DNA from: Thermoproteota archaeon
GTDB taxonomy: Archaea; Thermoproteota; Thermoprotei_A; Sulfolobales; Ignisphaeraceae
DNA: 11,349 nt
Reading direction: 5' to 3'
Assembly: GCA_030550585.1 (NCBI GenBank)
Contig: JAUQPB010000007.1
Location: 1-11,349, forward strand
Part shown: piece by piece, positions 1-7,918 of the stretch
Numbering within the stretch: position 1 is the first letter of the stretch
How the letters are laid out: every line of letters starts with the position of its first letter
Notes under the pieces: generated by a model
Databases searched by the model: none
The model's input: the letters and a program-made list of their open reading frames with translations, nothing else
Told to the model about the DNA's origin: nothing
Position numbers and translations under genes: made by a program

Positions 1-673
1 ATTTTAAGGCGTCTTCTGTTATCCACATTGTGTACAAGACCTTTATCATTTTTGGCTTTACAAGCTGTGGATATTTCTTGGCTAGTGTGGCTATCTTCTC
101 CTTCAGATTCTCAACAACTCTTATACCAGCTCTTGTGGAGACCTCTCCAACAATGCAGATATCGTTTGTTGTGCCATATATGTTGATCTCTAGGTCTGGT
201 AGCATGAGCTGCTTCAACTCAACATCTATACCAATGCTCTTTAGTCTATACTGTATAACCTCTCTGGCCTCCTCCTCAAGGGTAAGAGATGTCCTCTCAA
301 TATAAGACTCTATCCTATCCAGCCTAGCCTCAACATTATCTAGGCGCTTGTGAATAGCCTTGATCTCCTTCACAATCTCTATGAATTTTCTGTCATGCTC
401 CTCTAGCTTCTTATAAACCTCCTCCCACCTCCTGTTATTCTCTTCCCACCTCTTATTGTTCTCTTCCCATCTCTTCTCCTGCTCTTTGACAAACATTAAG
501 AAATCTTCTCTAAGCCTCTTCAACTCCTCCTCATGCCTATCAAGCCTCTTCAAAACCTCCCCAAAGCCAATAAGACCGGCTATAGCATACCTAAACTCCT
601 CATCCTCCTTCAAAAGCCTCAGAAACTCACTCTTGAGACTGCTATTACTATTAGTGGATGCCGTTACACTCAT
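1..673 (-). CDS. Coiled-coil heptad-repeat protein with C-terminal PD-(D/E)XK-like domain (DUF3782/PaREP-like crenarchaeal family); 3' end lies outside the window
   Basis: Missing from the ORF track because it has no stop in the window. Reading from ATG at 673 gives 224 codons: MSVTASTNSNSSLKSEFLRLLKEDEEFRYAIAGLIGFGEVLKRLDRHEEELKRLREDF...KRWEENNKRWEENNRRWEEVYKKLEEHDRKF...LEEEAREVIQYRL...PDLEINIYG...IVGEVSTRAG...KVLYTMWITEDALK. The 'FLRLLKEDEEFRYAIAGLIG' start and the heptad repeats are typical of this family. The + ORFs 30..305 and 456..677 are its shadows. Confidence 0.8.
   Translation of the reverse strand, partial: MSVTASTNSNSSLKSEFLRLLKEDEEFRYAIAGLIGFGEVLKRLDRHEEELKRLREDFLMFVKEQEKRWEENNKRWEENNRRWEEVYKKLEEHDRKFIEIVKEIKAIHKRLDNVEARLDRIESYIERTSLTLEEEAREVIQYRLKSIGIDVELKQLMLPDLEINIYGTTNDICIVGEVSTRAGIRVVENLKEKIATLAKKYPQLVKPKMIKVLYTMWITEDALK
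413..475 (-). repeat. 21-bp in-frame tandem repeat (about 3 units) encoding K/R-RWEE-NN/VY heptads
   Basis: 455-475 attgttctcttcccatctctt and 434-454 gttattctcttcccacctctt, plus a degenerate third unit at 413-433. Confidence 0.85.
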
Positions 674-699
674 CTGACACGGCCCAGCAGATTTCACTA

Positions 700-714
700 C
701 TTATAAAATGTTTC
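700..714 (-). promoter_or_regulatory. BRE-TATA promoter for the coiled-coil gene
   Basis: Minus strand GAAACATTTTATAAG; the TATA (701-708) lies about 28-35 nt upstream of ATG 673. Confidence 0.65.
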
Positions 715-1094
715 AGTTTCTCCAACAAATAAACATTTTGTCCATCAAACCACCACAATGCAACGGGGCTCAGTATATGCTCAATAGGAGCTCTTTGAAT
801 ATGAATGATATAGGAATTGGCGTATCTCCTGCTTAGAAACTTTACACAAGTTTGCATGGTTGTACAAAATTTGTGATGTGGATTTGCGCAACAAGTGATA
901 CATGCTCAATAAGCATATACGCTGCGGTTAATTATAGCCGTTATCTGCCACTAACTTACTATTCTAATACATTAAATACATAGTTATGAATTCTGTACGA
1001 TACTTGGATACTTGTGAAGAGTGAATCCTATAATTAGGTTTTTCAGCTGATAATATGTATTGCCTGGAGTGGGTTGGTTTACCTGCTGGATTAT

Positions 1095-1650
1095 ATGGGT
1101 ACAGTGTTTAAAGTGATAGGAACAGAACTTGCGTCTAGGCGATGACTCATGAATGTGTTGGTAAGGCTTTGTAAGGAGGATCCTTTATCAGTGCATTGTT
1201 ATGCTGTTTATTACCTCACGCGCGAGCCTGATAGAACTGAGATTGTGTTGATAGCTTTGAGCGGCAACATTGGGTCTTATGCTCTAGTATGGTATGGTGG
1301 TAGGTCGGCCATTATGGATATTTATGAGATCCACATATGGAAGCCTATCAGAGAGGTTGTACTAGGAATCGATGTTGCTCCCGATAAAAAGCAGACATAC
1401 AGCTATAGAGCAGCACCCCCAAAGATGTAGAGCTTGTAACAAGCAATTTCAGGAGTCTAGACTTCAACAAGTTTCATGTTGGGGGTTCCATGATATGGTT
1501 TGTACTCGTGAGAGCTTCGTGTCTAGTCCTCTTGAGAAACTAGCTATAAGGCTGAGTGAGGAGCATGCATCCCTATATAGGGACTTGGAGCAAGAGAGGG
1601 GAATTGGGATAGGCATTGAGGAGACTGTGGTAATGCTCTACACAGTCTAG
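1095..1650 (+). pseudogene. Decayed gene resembling the N-terminal region of crenarchaeal GNAT-family acetyltransferases
   Basis: ATG 1095 is in frame with ORF 1149..1430 but interrupted by TGA at 1143-1145. The frame shifts around the A-run near 1386-1390 and continues in ORF 1372..1650 (FHDMVCTRESF...RLSEEHASLYRDLEQERG). 'DPLSVHCYAVYYLTREPDRTE...SYALVWYG' resembles such proteins from memory. No GNAT motif A (R/QxxGxA/G) is present, so the family call is tentative. Confidence 0.45.
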
Positions 1651-1678
1651 TAAAACCTGTTTGCCGGTATTTCTTGTT

Positions 1679-2210
1679 CTATCTGTCGAGATGTTTCTTT
1701 TTGCGGGGCTCTACACCGAATACCTCTTTAGCTATGCGCTCCAGTCTCTCTATATATGTTTTCCTAAACCCTATGTAGATACCACCGTATTTGCCTCCAA
1801 CGAAACACCATGAGGTCTCTCTCGCTAAACACCTTTGGGAAAACCGTCTCCTCAGATATGATTAAAACACATTTCTTCGAGGCTTTGTCAAGCGATGTGT
1901 ATAGACGTTTGTCTGAGTAGGTGTGTTTTGCGTAGAAGCCTGTGCTGGGCCTAGCGATATAGGTATTCATCTCCGGTGACTCTACATCTATGTGGTCACA
2001 AATGCTTTGGACCACCCCCTGACATGGATATGCACCTCAGCTTCGATATTCATCTTCTCATTGTCTAGCACAAGCTCAACACTGCAGCTAAGAGGTATTT
2101 TGCCTAGGCCAGGGCCTGTCAAATGTTGTTATCCTCAACAATGTCTAATCTGGTTTAGAATTGCTTTGGCTCTTTTAGGAGTTCTCTAAGCCTATTTCAG
2201 GGACTTCCAT
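1679..2210 (-). pseudogene. Frameshifted hypothetical archaeal protein gene
   Basis: Three frames join into one plausible protein: ...IPLSCSVELVLDNEKMNIEAEVHIHVRGWSKAFVT / HIDVESPEMNTYIARPSTGFYAKH...VFSERDLMV / FVGGKYGGIYIGFRKTYIERLERIAKEVFGVEPRKKKHLDR* (TAG 1679-1681). This needs a 1-nt loss near 1995 and a 1-nt gain near 1803. The 5' part (possible ATG 2210, just after the nitroreductase stop) is further broken. Confidence 0.6.
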
Positions 2211-2221
2211 ATCTTCTCGGT

Positions 2222-2747
2222 CTACTCAGTTTCTTCTAGTAGCTTTAGTGGGTTGTCGAATGTGTTTAGGGATGCTATTTCGTGGAGCTGTTTCCTAGAT
2301 CTTGGTGGCGGTGATTCTGCTGGCGCGCCTATTGTTATGAGGGCTACAACCCTGTATCTATCTGGTATGCCTAGGACTTTCTTGACCTCCTGCTCATCGA
2401 ATGCCCCTATTCAGCAAGTTCCATAGCCCAGCTCTGTGGCCTGCAAAACTATGTGCTCGAGGGCTATGGTCGTGTCTACCACGGCCCACCTAGACGATGT
2501 CTTTACATCGGCGAGTCCCACAACTATGCACACAGACTCCTTCATAAATCTCTGGTATTTGCAGGCGGGCACAAGCTTCTCCTTCAGCTGTTCGTCTAGA
2601 ACGACTATGAAGGCCACGGCTGTCTGTTATTTGCGCTCGGCGCCCGTCTAGCTGCCCAAGAATTTTCATTAGGTTCTCTCTTTTCACAGGCTCATGCTTA
2701 TACGCTCTAATGCTATGTCTAGAGAGTATGACCTCGTATACGCCCGT
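2222..2747 (-). pseudogene. Nitroreductase family pseudogene
   Basis: Reconstructed: (ACG)GVYEVILSRHSIRAYKHEPVKRENLMKIL / AARRAPSANNRQPW / FIVVLDEQLKEKL...VVDTTIALEHIVLQATELGYGTC*IGAFDEQEVKKVLGIPDRYRVVALITIGAPAESPPPRSRKQLHEI...*. The R-x-S-I-R, APSAxNxQPW, LGxGTCWIG and PRxRK motifs are all recognisable. Lesions: ACG at the expected start (2745-2747), 1-nt losses near 2656 and 2614, and TGA at the conserved Trp (2411-2413). Confidence 0.9.
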
Positions 2748-3148
2748 TTCTAACTCCAGAAAAGCTCTGCAATTTGAAAAATAAAAGCCTTTGTTTTACC
2801 TACTCCAGTGTCGCATCTAGGCATCTACTAAGCCAACAGCAATTGTTAGTGCTAGTGATCCAGCTGTTCTTCGAAGTGATCTGACATTGATTGGATCGAG
2901 CTCTCAGGTACTGACTCGGCTTTCTTAGGAAGCTGGGTGAAGAGGTATATAGGCAGCGATGCGATGGTGTGAAGAAAGCTAGAGCCATGTTACTTCTTGT
3001 ATTCTCTGAGACGCCTCTTTTTGCAAAGCCTCTGTGTATGGGGGGTGTATAGGTGGAGAGTCTGGTGGAAGCGCTAGGAGTCATCACAAATTCGTTGTAC
3101 GTTTCCACAAAATTTTTAATGGGCATCGAATAACTTGTTATCTGGGGT

Positions 3149-3817
3149 GTGATATTGAAGCGTGGTTTAGTCTTGGCTGGGCTAGTCCTCACCTCCTTAG
3201 TAGTCCTAGCCTCCGTAGCCACCCTAGCAGAGCTGGGCTATGGTCCGGGTGACTGGCTGAGGTACAGGTATAGTATCACGGTTGGAGGGTATGAATGTGT
3301 ATACATTATCAAGGTGACTGTGAGAGAGGTTCAGGGCACTGTTGTCAAGTATGATGCTGGGGTCGAGAAGCTTGAGAGTGGCGATAGCGAGAGGTGCTCT
3401 TCCTTCGGCGCCCTACTAGCTCTCGCAGTAGGTTTATCAAGTGCTGTGTCTAAAGATGTTTCGAGCCAGGGGCCCGAGTCAAAAGATATCTTCATAGACC
3501 CGAAGTACTCAGGCGACTACACCACTAGCGACGGGGTCAAGGTCTCCTATAAGAGCGGCGTATTGGTTAAGATGGAGGGTGAGACGACGATCGGCATAGT
3601 CGCCACCTTCCGCGTAGAATTAATCGATACCAGCATAGGGTGGCTTAAGCAGGGGCTCGGCCAAGCACTGTCTGTGCAACAGCTCCTAATAGTTATAGCG
3701 GTGGTAGCAGTGGCCGCGGTAGGGGTAGCCACATACCTTATCACTAGACGGAGGAAGGCTGTGATAGCTCCTCCCCAACCACGGCCACAACCACAGCCCA
3801 GTGCTCCAGCCAGTTAG
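3149..3817 (+). CDS. Secreted/surface protein with N-terminal signal peptide and C-terminal membrane anchor, function unknown
   Basis: The N-terminus has KR followed by a hydrophobic stretch. The ectodomain is rich in beta-strand-like segments and has two Cys. The C-terminal TM (LLIVIAVVAVAAVGVATYLIT) is followed by RRRK and a Pro/Gln tail. TTTTTAAT at 3113-3120 fits a TATA box. Confidence 0.85.
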   Translation: MILKRGLVLAGLVLTSLVVLASVATLAELGYGPGDWLRYRYSITVGGYECVYIIKVTVREVQGTVVKYDAGVEKLESGDSERCSSFGALLALAVGLSSAVSKDVSSQGPESKDIFIDPKYSGDYTTSDGVKVSYKSGVLVKMEGETTIGIVATFRVELIDTSIGWLKQGLGQALSVQQLLIVIAVVAVAAVGVATYLITRRRKAVIAPPQPRPQPQPSAPAS

Positions 3818-4095
3818 AGGGGCAGCCTCAAACCCTGTCTTTTTCCCCAGTCCCTTAGACGAAATTGTTCTTCTAGACTTGAATGGGTTTTAGAAACATC
3901 ATAGGCATGCCTTATCCAACTTTCCCTCCGCAGGTCGTGTATTGGAGAAAAAGTCCTTGTTTTGAAAGCATTCATCAGACTCCGAAGAAAATCAAGCATT
4001 CAATCCAGTTGTTTTGCCTGGTAAAGCTAAAGTAGTTCTTGAGTAAAAAGGGATATGAGCGAAATGTTGACTGAAGATCGTCGCTGACTGAGCAT

Positions 4096-5013
4096 CTATA
4101 TTGATGTAATAACTGCAATCAGAATGGTTGCTAGTATGAGGCTTGCTATTGTTAGTATGAATATTGAGGATGCTGTGAATTCGGGGTGCCAACCGTACTT
4201 CGCTGCCATAACAGTGTTGAGTACTGCTGGTGGCATCACTCCTAGCACTATCGTTTCATAGGCATAGAGGGGTGGGAGGTGGAATAGGAGGATGAATGGG
4301 AGGTAGGCAAGTGGGTTCAATACAAATTTGATCAGGGCCGTGGTGTAGAAAGCCCTCTTCAGCTTGTTGCTTAGCCAGCCTCTGCTGAGATCCAGTAGCA
4401 TGCCCATGACGAATATCGAAAGGTATGATATGGTCTTGGGCGTCCAGCAGAGCATGTTTGAGATTGTGGCGGCTATGGAGGGGGTTGCATAGTGTATTAG
4501 GTTCCCCAGGGCGAATCCTATCACCACCGGGTTTGTAAGCAGCCTCAATGAGAGTGTGGCCCCTCCCGTTATTATCTCTGGGGCGAGTATGGTGTAGGCA
4601 AATGATAGGAGCCCGAAGTACAGGGCCATAGTCGCGTCGCCGAAAGCTGAATACAGGATGGGGTAGCCCACAAATAAGTTGTTTTGATTGATGCTGTTCA
4701 GCAAAACGACGTACTTTGCCTTCTCGTCCCCGAAATCCATCCTCCAGATGATTACAGCTGCGACTAGAGCGTATGCAGTGATCGATGCGAAGGGGAGGGC
4801 CAGCATCCCAGTAATCCCAGTCTTAGAGAAGCTCTCTATGAATGTCAGGGGCGTTAGCACCCAATAGACAATGTTGTAGAGGGTCCTCGATGAAACAGGG
4901 TACCACTTGTACCTGGCGAAGACGCGTTTGTAGAGGTACCCTACAAACATGATTGCAAACATGAGTGAAATCGACCCGAGTACAGGCATCAGGTTCGGTA
5001 GCAATTTGGCCAT
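4096..5013 (-). CDS. AEC (auxin efflux carrier / malate permease-like, COG0679) family transporter
   Basis: 305 aa with about 10 hydrophobic segments. Family-like motifs: 'VYWVLTPLTFI', 'NNLFVGYPILYSAFG', 'LLTNPVVIG', 'LSIFVMGM', 'IKFVLNP', 'MPPAVLNTVMAAKYG'. Confidence 0.85.
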   Translation of the reverse strand: MAKLLPNLMPVLGSISLMFAIMFVGYLYKRVFARYKWYPVSSRTLYNIVYWVLTPLTFIESFSKTGITGMLALPFASITAYALVAAVIIWRMDFGDEKAKYVVLLNSINQNNLFVGYPILYSAFGDATMALYFGLLSFAYTILAPEIITGGATLSLRLLTNPVVIGFALGNLIHYATPSIAATISNMLCWTPKTISYLSIFVMGMLLDLSRGWLSNKLKRAFYTTALIKFVLNPLAYLPFILLFHLPPLYAYETIVLGVMPPAVLNTVMAAKYGWHPEFTASSIFILTIASLILATILIAVITSI

Positions 5014-5191
5014 CTCCTAGACACTCACATCAAGTGTAGACGAGGTCTAGGGCACAGCCTAAAAGCGCTTTCCCGGAAAAGCCCGTCGCATTCCTGGGGC
5101 TATGGGACAAGTTTTAGCATATTTTGTGGCAGCCCAAGTAGAGAATATAGATGACCGGGTCTGTAGCTGTGTAGACACTAAAACACTAACA

Positions 5192-5839
5192 CTATCTGCA
5201 CAGTCTTAGTGCCTTAGCCACAAAGATGTTGTAGTCGACCTCGTCTCCAAGTGTTGTGTGTGGGCCGTGACCCGGCAAAACCTTTGCGTCTAGGGGGAAC
5301 AGCCTGTAGATCTTGCAGATGCTCTCAACAAGCTTTTCCTCGGAACCCCCAGGCAGATCGGCTGTGCCTACAGATCCCCTGAATATGGTGTCCCCCGTGA
5401 ACAAGGTCTTGAGAGGCTCTACATAAAGCACTATCGAACCTGGGGTGTGGCCGGGTGTGTGGACCACCCTCACCTCTATAGAACCGAATCTATAGATCCC
5501 CTCGCTGGTCAACACCTCGTCGGGCTCTACATACCCACACTCAACACCAAACTCTCTGCAAAGCTGCTCATTCATCTCCAGAACCCTGATATCATCTCTA
5601 TGCACAACAAACACAGCCCCGGTGATGGCCCTGAGCCTTTCGACACCGTAGACGTGGTCGAAATGTCCGTGGGTAGCTACAACCGCCAACAAATCCAGCT
5701 TCCTATCTCTGACAAACCTCACAACCTCTTCGCTGAAATCACCCAGATCAACCACGATAGCATCTAGGGTATACTCATCGTAGATAATATAGCTGTTTGT
5801 GCTGAACCTCCCTAACACATAGCCCTCAACACCATACAT
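5192..5839 (-). CDS. MBL-fold metallo-hydrolase (glyoxalase II/YcbL-like)
   Basis: THGHFDH (HxHxDH), HTPGHTPG, LFTGDTIF, G-x-x-DLPGG and VLPGHG motifs. Confidence 0.95.
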   Translation of the reverse strand: MYGVEGYVLGRFSTNSYIIYDEYTLDAIVVDLGDFSEEVVRFVRDRKLDLLAVVATHGHFDHVYGVERLRAITGAVFVVHRDDIRVLEMNEQLCREFGVECGYVEPDEVLTSEGIYRFGSIEVRVVHTPGHTPGSIVLYVEPLKTLFTGDTIFRGSVGTADLPGGSEEKLVESICKIYRLFPLDAKVLPGHGPHTTLGDEVDYNIFVAKALRLCR

Positions 5840-5975
5840 AGCCCAAGACCCTGCCCAAGGCGTGTCTAGCCCAAAAGCAGCTTTCTATTTCCAGCACAGA
5901 GACCACTATGAATATCCCGGATATTAAAATGTCTTTGGGTGTTCTCTATGGTGAAGTAGAATGACTGTTGTGTGG

Positions 5976-6018
5976 TGATAGAGATTTAAACCCCTGCCAT
6001 AGCTAGTTTGGTTGGTGA
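5976..6018 (+). promoter_or_regulatory. TATA box and Shine-Dalgarno upstream of trpB2
   Basis: A purine-rich BRE-like stretch precedes TTTAAA at 5985-5990; GGTGA lies at 6014-6018. Confidence 0.65.
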
Positions 6019-6030
6019 GTCTATGCGCCA

Positions 6031-7401
6031 ATGGATTTAAATGTTGTTAGATCTGTTCAATCAGCTGATTTGATACCGAAGCAATGGTACAATATTGTCC
6101 CCGATCTTCCGGAGCCTCTTCCTCCAATGCTGAAACCAGATGGGTCGGAGGCTAAGCCATCGGATCTAGAGGCCATTTTCCCGAAGTCGCTTATACAACA
6201 GGAGTTCTCTACAGAGAGGTTCATAGATATCCCAGACGAGGTTAGAGAGCTCTATGCAGGGCTTGGGAGGCCAACACCGTTGCTGAGGGCGTATAGGCTG
6301 GAGAGGTTTCTTGGAACTCCAGCAAAGATATACTATAAATACGAGGGTGTTTTGCCGACGGGATCCCACAAAATCAATACAGCTGTTGCACAGGCCTACT
6401 TCAATAAGCTTGAAGGTGTTGAAAGACTTGTTACAGAGACTGGCGCTGGTCAGTGGGGATCTGCACTAGCCTTGGCTGGATCCCTCTTTGGTTTGAGGGT
6501 CAGGGTCTACATGGTTAGGGTAAGCTATGAGCAGAAGCCATATAGGAGAATACTTATGCAGTTGTATGGGGCTGAGGTTATCCCGAGTCCAAGTCCATAT
6601 ACAAAAGCTGGTAGGTCTATCCTTGCTGCGGACCCAAACCACCCCGGGTCACTGGGTATAGCCATTAGCGAGGCTATAGAGGATGCCCTCACAAACCCCA
6701 AGACGAAGTATAGTCTGGGGTCTGTACTGAACCATGTTCTCCTGCACCAAACAGTCATAGGGTTGGAGGCTCTGAGGCAGTTAGAGGCTATGGGCGAGGA
6801 GCTGCCAGACTATGTGATTGGGTGTGTCGGTGGTGGGAGCAACTTTGCTGGCATTGCATACCCGTTTTACTACGAGGCCATTGTTAGGGGGAGGAAAAGG
6901 GATATCAAGCTCGTTGCTGTAGAGCCCAAGGCAATACCATCGATGACGAGAGGGGTCTATACATACGACTATGGGGACACAGCAGGGCTCACACCACTAC
7001 TGAAGATGTATACTGTTGGTCACAGATACTCCCCACCACCAATACACGCAGGCGGACTAAGATACCACGGAGTAGCGCCAACACTAGCAATACTAGTCAA
7101 AAACGATGTTGTGAAGCCCGTGGCCTATCACCAAACAGAGGTATTCAAAGCCGCAGAAATCTTTGCGAAGACAGAGGGCGTGGTACCCGCACCAGAATCA
7201 GCACACGCAGTCAAAGCTGTTATAGACATCGCCTTAGAGGCCAAGAAAAGAAACGAGAAAACAGTGATACTATTCAACATGAGTGGCCACGGCCTACTAG
7301 ACCTAGGCGGATACCAAGAATACCTGGAGGGCAGGCTAAGAGACTTCGAGCCAAAAGAAATAGACCTCTCATACCTACCGAAGATAAACCAAGCAAAGTG
7401 A
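6031..7401 (+). CDS. trpB2: Tryptophan synthase beta chain, type 2 (TrpB2), stand-alone (no trpA in the window)
   Basis: 456 aa. IPKQWYNI N-terminus, GRPTPL, PLP lysine in [53 protein letters not shown] and [10 protein letters not shown] are all characteristic of TrpB2. Confidence 0.96.
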   Translation: MDLNVVRSVQSADLIPKQWYNIVPDLPEPLPPMLKPDGSEAKPSDLEAIFPKSLIQQEFSTERFIDIPDEVRELYAGLGRPTPLLRAYRLERFLGTPAKIYYKYEGVLPTGSHKINTAVAQAYFNKLEGVERLVTETGAGQWGSALALAGSLFGLRVRVYMVRVSYEQKPYRRILMQLYGAEVIPSPSPYTKAGRSILAADPNHPGSLGIAISEAIEDALTNPKTKYSLGSVLNHVLLHQTVIGLEALRQLEAMGEELPDYVIGCVGGGSNFAGIAYPFYYEAIVRGRKRDIKLVAVEPKAIPSMTRGVYTYDYGDTAGLTPLLKMYTVGHRYSPPPIHAGGLRYHGVAPTLAILVKNDVVKPVAYHQTEVFKAAEIFAKTEGVVPAPESAHAVKAVIDIALEAKKRNEKTVILFNMSGHGLLDLGGYQEYLEGRLRDFEPKEIDLSYLPKINQAK

Positions 7402-7449
7402 GCTATAGTTAGACAAGCAAAACAGTTTCACAGCAAGCAACTACATCAA

Positions 7450-7537
7450 ATTAGTTAAAAACGGAATCGAAAGGCATATCTATAAGTCTGGTCATCACCT
7501 ACTTTTTTGTGGTGGGTTCTATAAATGGAATCGAAAA
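7450..7537 (+). CRISPR. Degenerate two-repeat, one-spacer CRISPR-like mini-array
   Basis: ATTAGTTAAAAACGGAATCGAAAG (7450-7473) and GGGTTCTATAAATGGAATCGAAAA (7514-7537) share 15 of their last 18 nt. The period is 64 nt with a 40-nt spacer. The 3' ends resemble crenarchaeal repeats ending GGAATTGAAAG. There is no third repeat and no cas gene in the window. Confidence 0.5.
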
Positions 7538-7599
7538 TGCTGTTGGGTTTTTGTGTTTAGTGACAGGTTGTCGCTTTCTTTTTCGAGGGCGAGGAGTAT

Positions 7600-7815
7600 T
7601 TGTTAACATTTATCGACACTGCTGTGAGTAGAGATGTCGAGGTCGGGGATAGGGATTGAGGGGGACTGGTAATGTTGGGCAAGTCAATTTTGTGGATGTA
7701 GCTATTGGTGGTTTGGTTATAGGAAGAGAAGAAAGGTGAGAAAGCCAGAGAGCTGTACAGCACTGTACTGAAGAGGTGTAGAGGGATAGAAAGTTTATTG
7801 AGGTGCAAGATTTAA
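7600..7815 (+). pseudogene. Possible heavily decayed PIN-domain (VapC) toxin gene
   Basis: Fragments in shifting frames read LTFIDTAV, LVMLGK / VNFVDVAIGGLVIGREE, and DRKFIEV. They echo the PIN motifs 'hhDT', 'GK..DhhIAahAh' and 'TxDxDF'. Several stops are present. Confidence 0.3.
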
Positions 7816-7828
7816 TAGGGCTTTAAGC
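7811..7828 (+). promoter_or_regulatory. Candidate TATA box for the structured RNA at 7849-7916
   Basis: TTTAAG at 7822-7827 (and TTTAATA at 7811-7817). The former sits about 23-28 nt upstream of the start of the GC-rich stem. Confidence 0.5.
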
Positions 7829-7848
7829 GTGTTAATATCTGTGAATGT

Positions 7849-7916
7849 TGATCGCCGCGGAGTGGCCCCGCGGTGAGGAGGGGATGAGCCGCAAGCTCGC
7901 CGTGACGCGGTGGCTA
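7849..7916 (+). ncRNA. Candidate structured ncRNA convergent with, and abutting the stop codon of, the DUF3800-like gene
   Basis: 48/65 nt are G+C in 7851-7915, with AT-rich flanks. Fold on the + strand: P1 7852-7859/7906-7913 (with G-U pairs); tandem GA/GA internal loop 7860-7861/7904-7905; P2 7862-7866/7899-7903; then a 3-way junction with hairpin CCC-loop-GGG (7867-7883) and hairpin GAGC-CGCAA-GCUC (7886-7898). The G-U pairs become A-C mismatches on the minus strand, favouring + transcription. Confidence 0.7.
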
Positions 7917-7918
7917 TG

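Noticed and set aside
651-857. ORF 651..857 (-)
   Set aside because: It covers the promoter and start of the coiled-coil gene in another frame, lies in AT-rich intergenic DNA and has no motifs.
1023-1038. GAATCCTATAATTAGG resembling the 5' half of a crenarchaeal CRISPR repeat
   Set aside because: It lacks the ATTGAAAG end and has no partner at array spacing.
1143-2413. In-frame TGA codons (1143-1145; 2411-2413 at a conserved Trp) as UGA=Trp or selenocysteine recoding
   Set aside because: Both genes also carry frameshifts, intact genes use TGG for Trp, and trpB2 terminates at TGA.
2800-3252. ORFs 2800..3222 (-) and 3034..3252 (+)
   Set aside because: Both overlap the 3149 gene and its promoter, have atypical composition and show no motifs. 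The 2800-3100 stretch may be decayed coding DNA, but I cannot assign it.
3814-4192. ORFs 3814..3999 and 3992..4192, and CTGA-containing box-like motifs at 4052-4092
   Set aside because: The ORFs are short and motif-less. The putative box C is poor and there is no C' box, so a second C/D sRNA is not supported.
5447-6758. ORFs 5447..5767, 6166..6369 and 6525..6758
   Set aside because: They are antisense shadows of the MBL hydrolase and trpB2.
7849-7916. GC-rich element as a tRNA, C/D sRNA or intrinsic terminator
   Set aside because: It has no TTCRA T-loop or cloverleaf, no CTGA box D at canonical spacing, and no U-tract; archaeal termination does not require GC hairpins.
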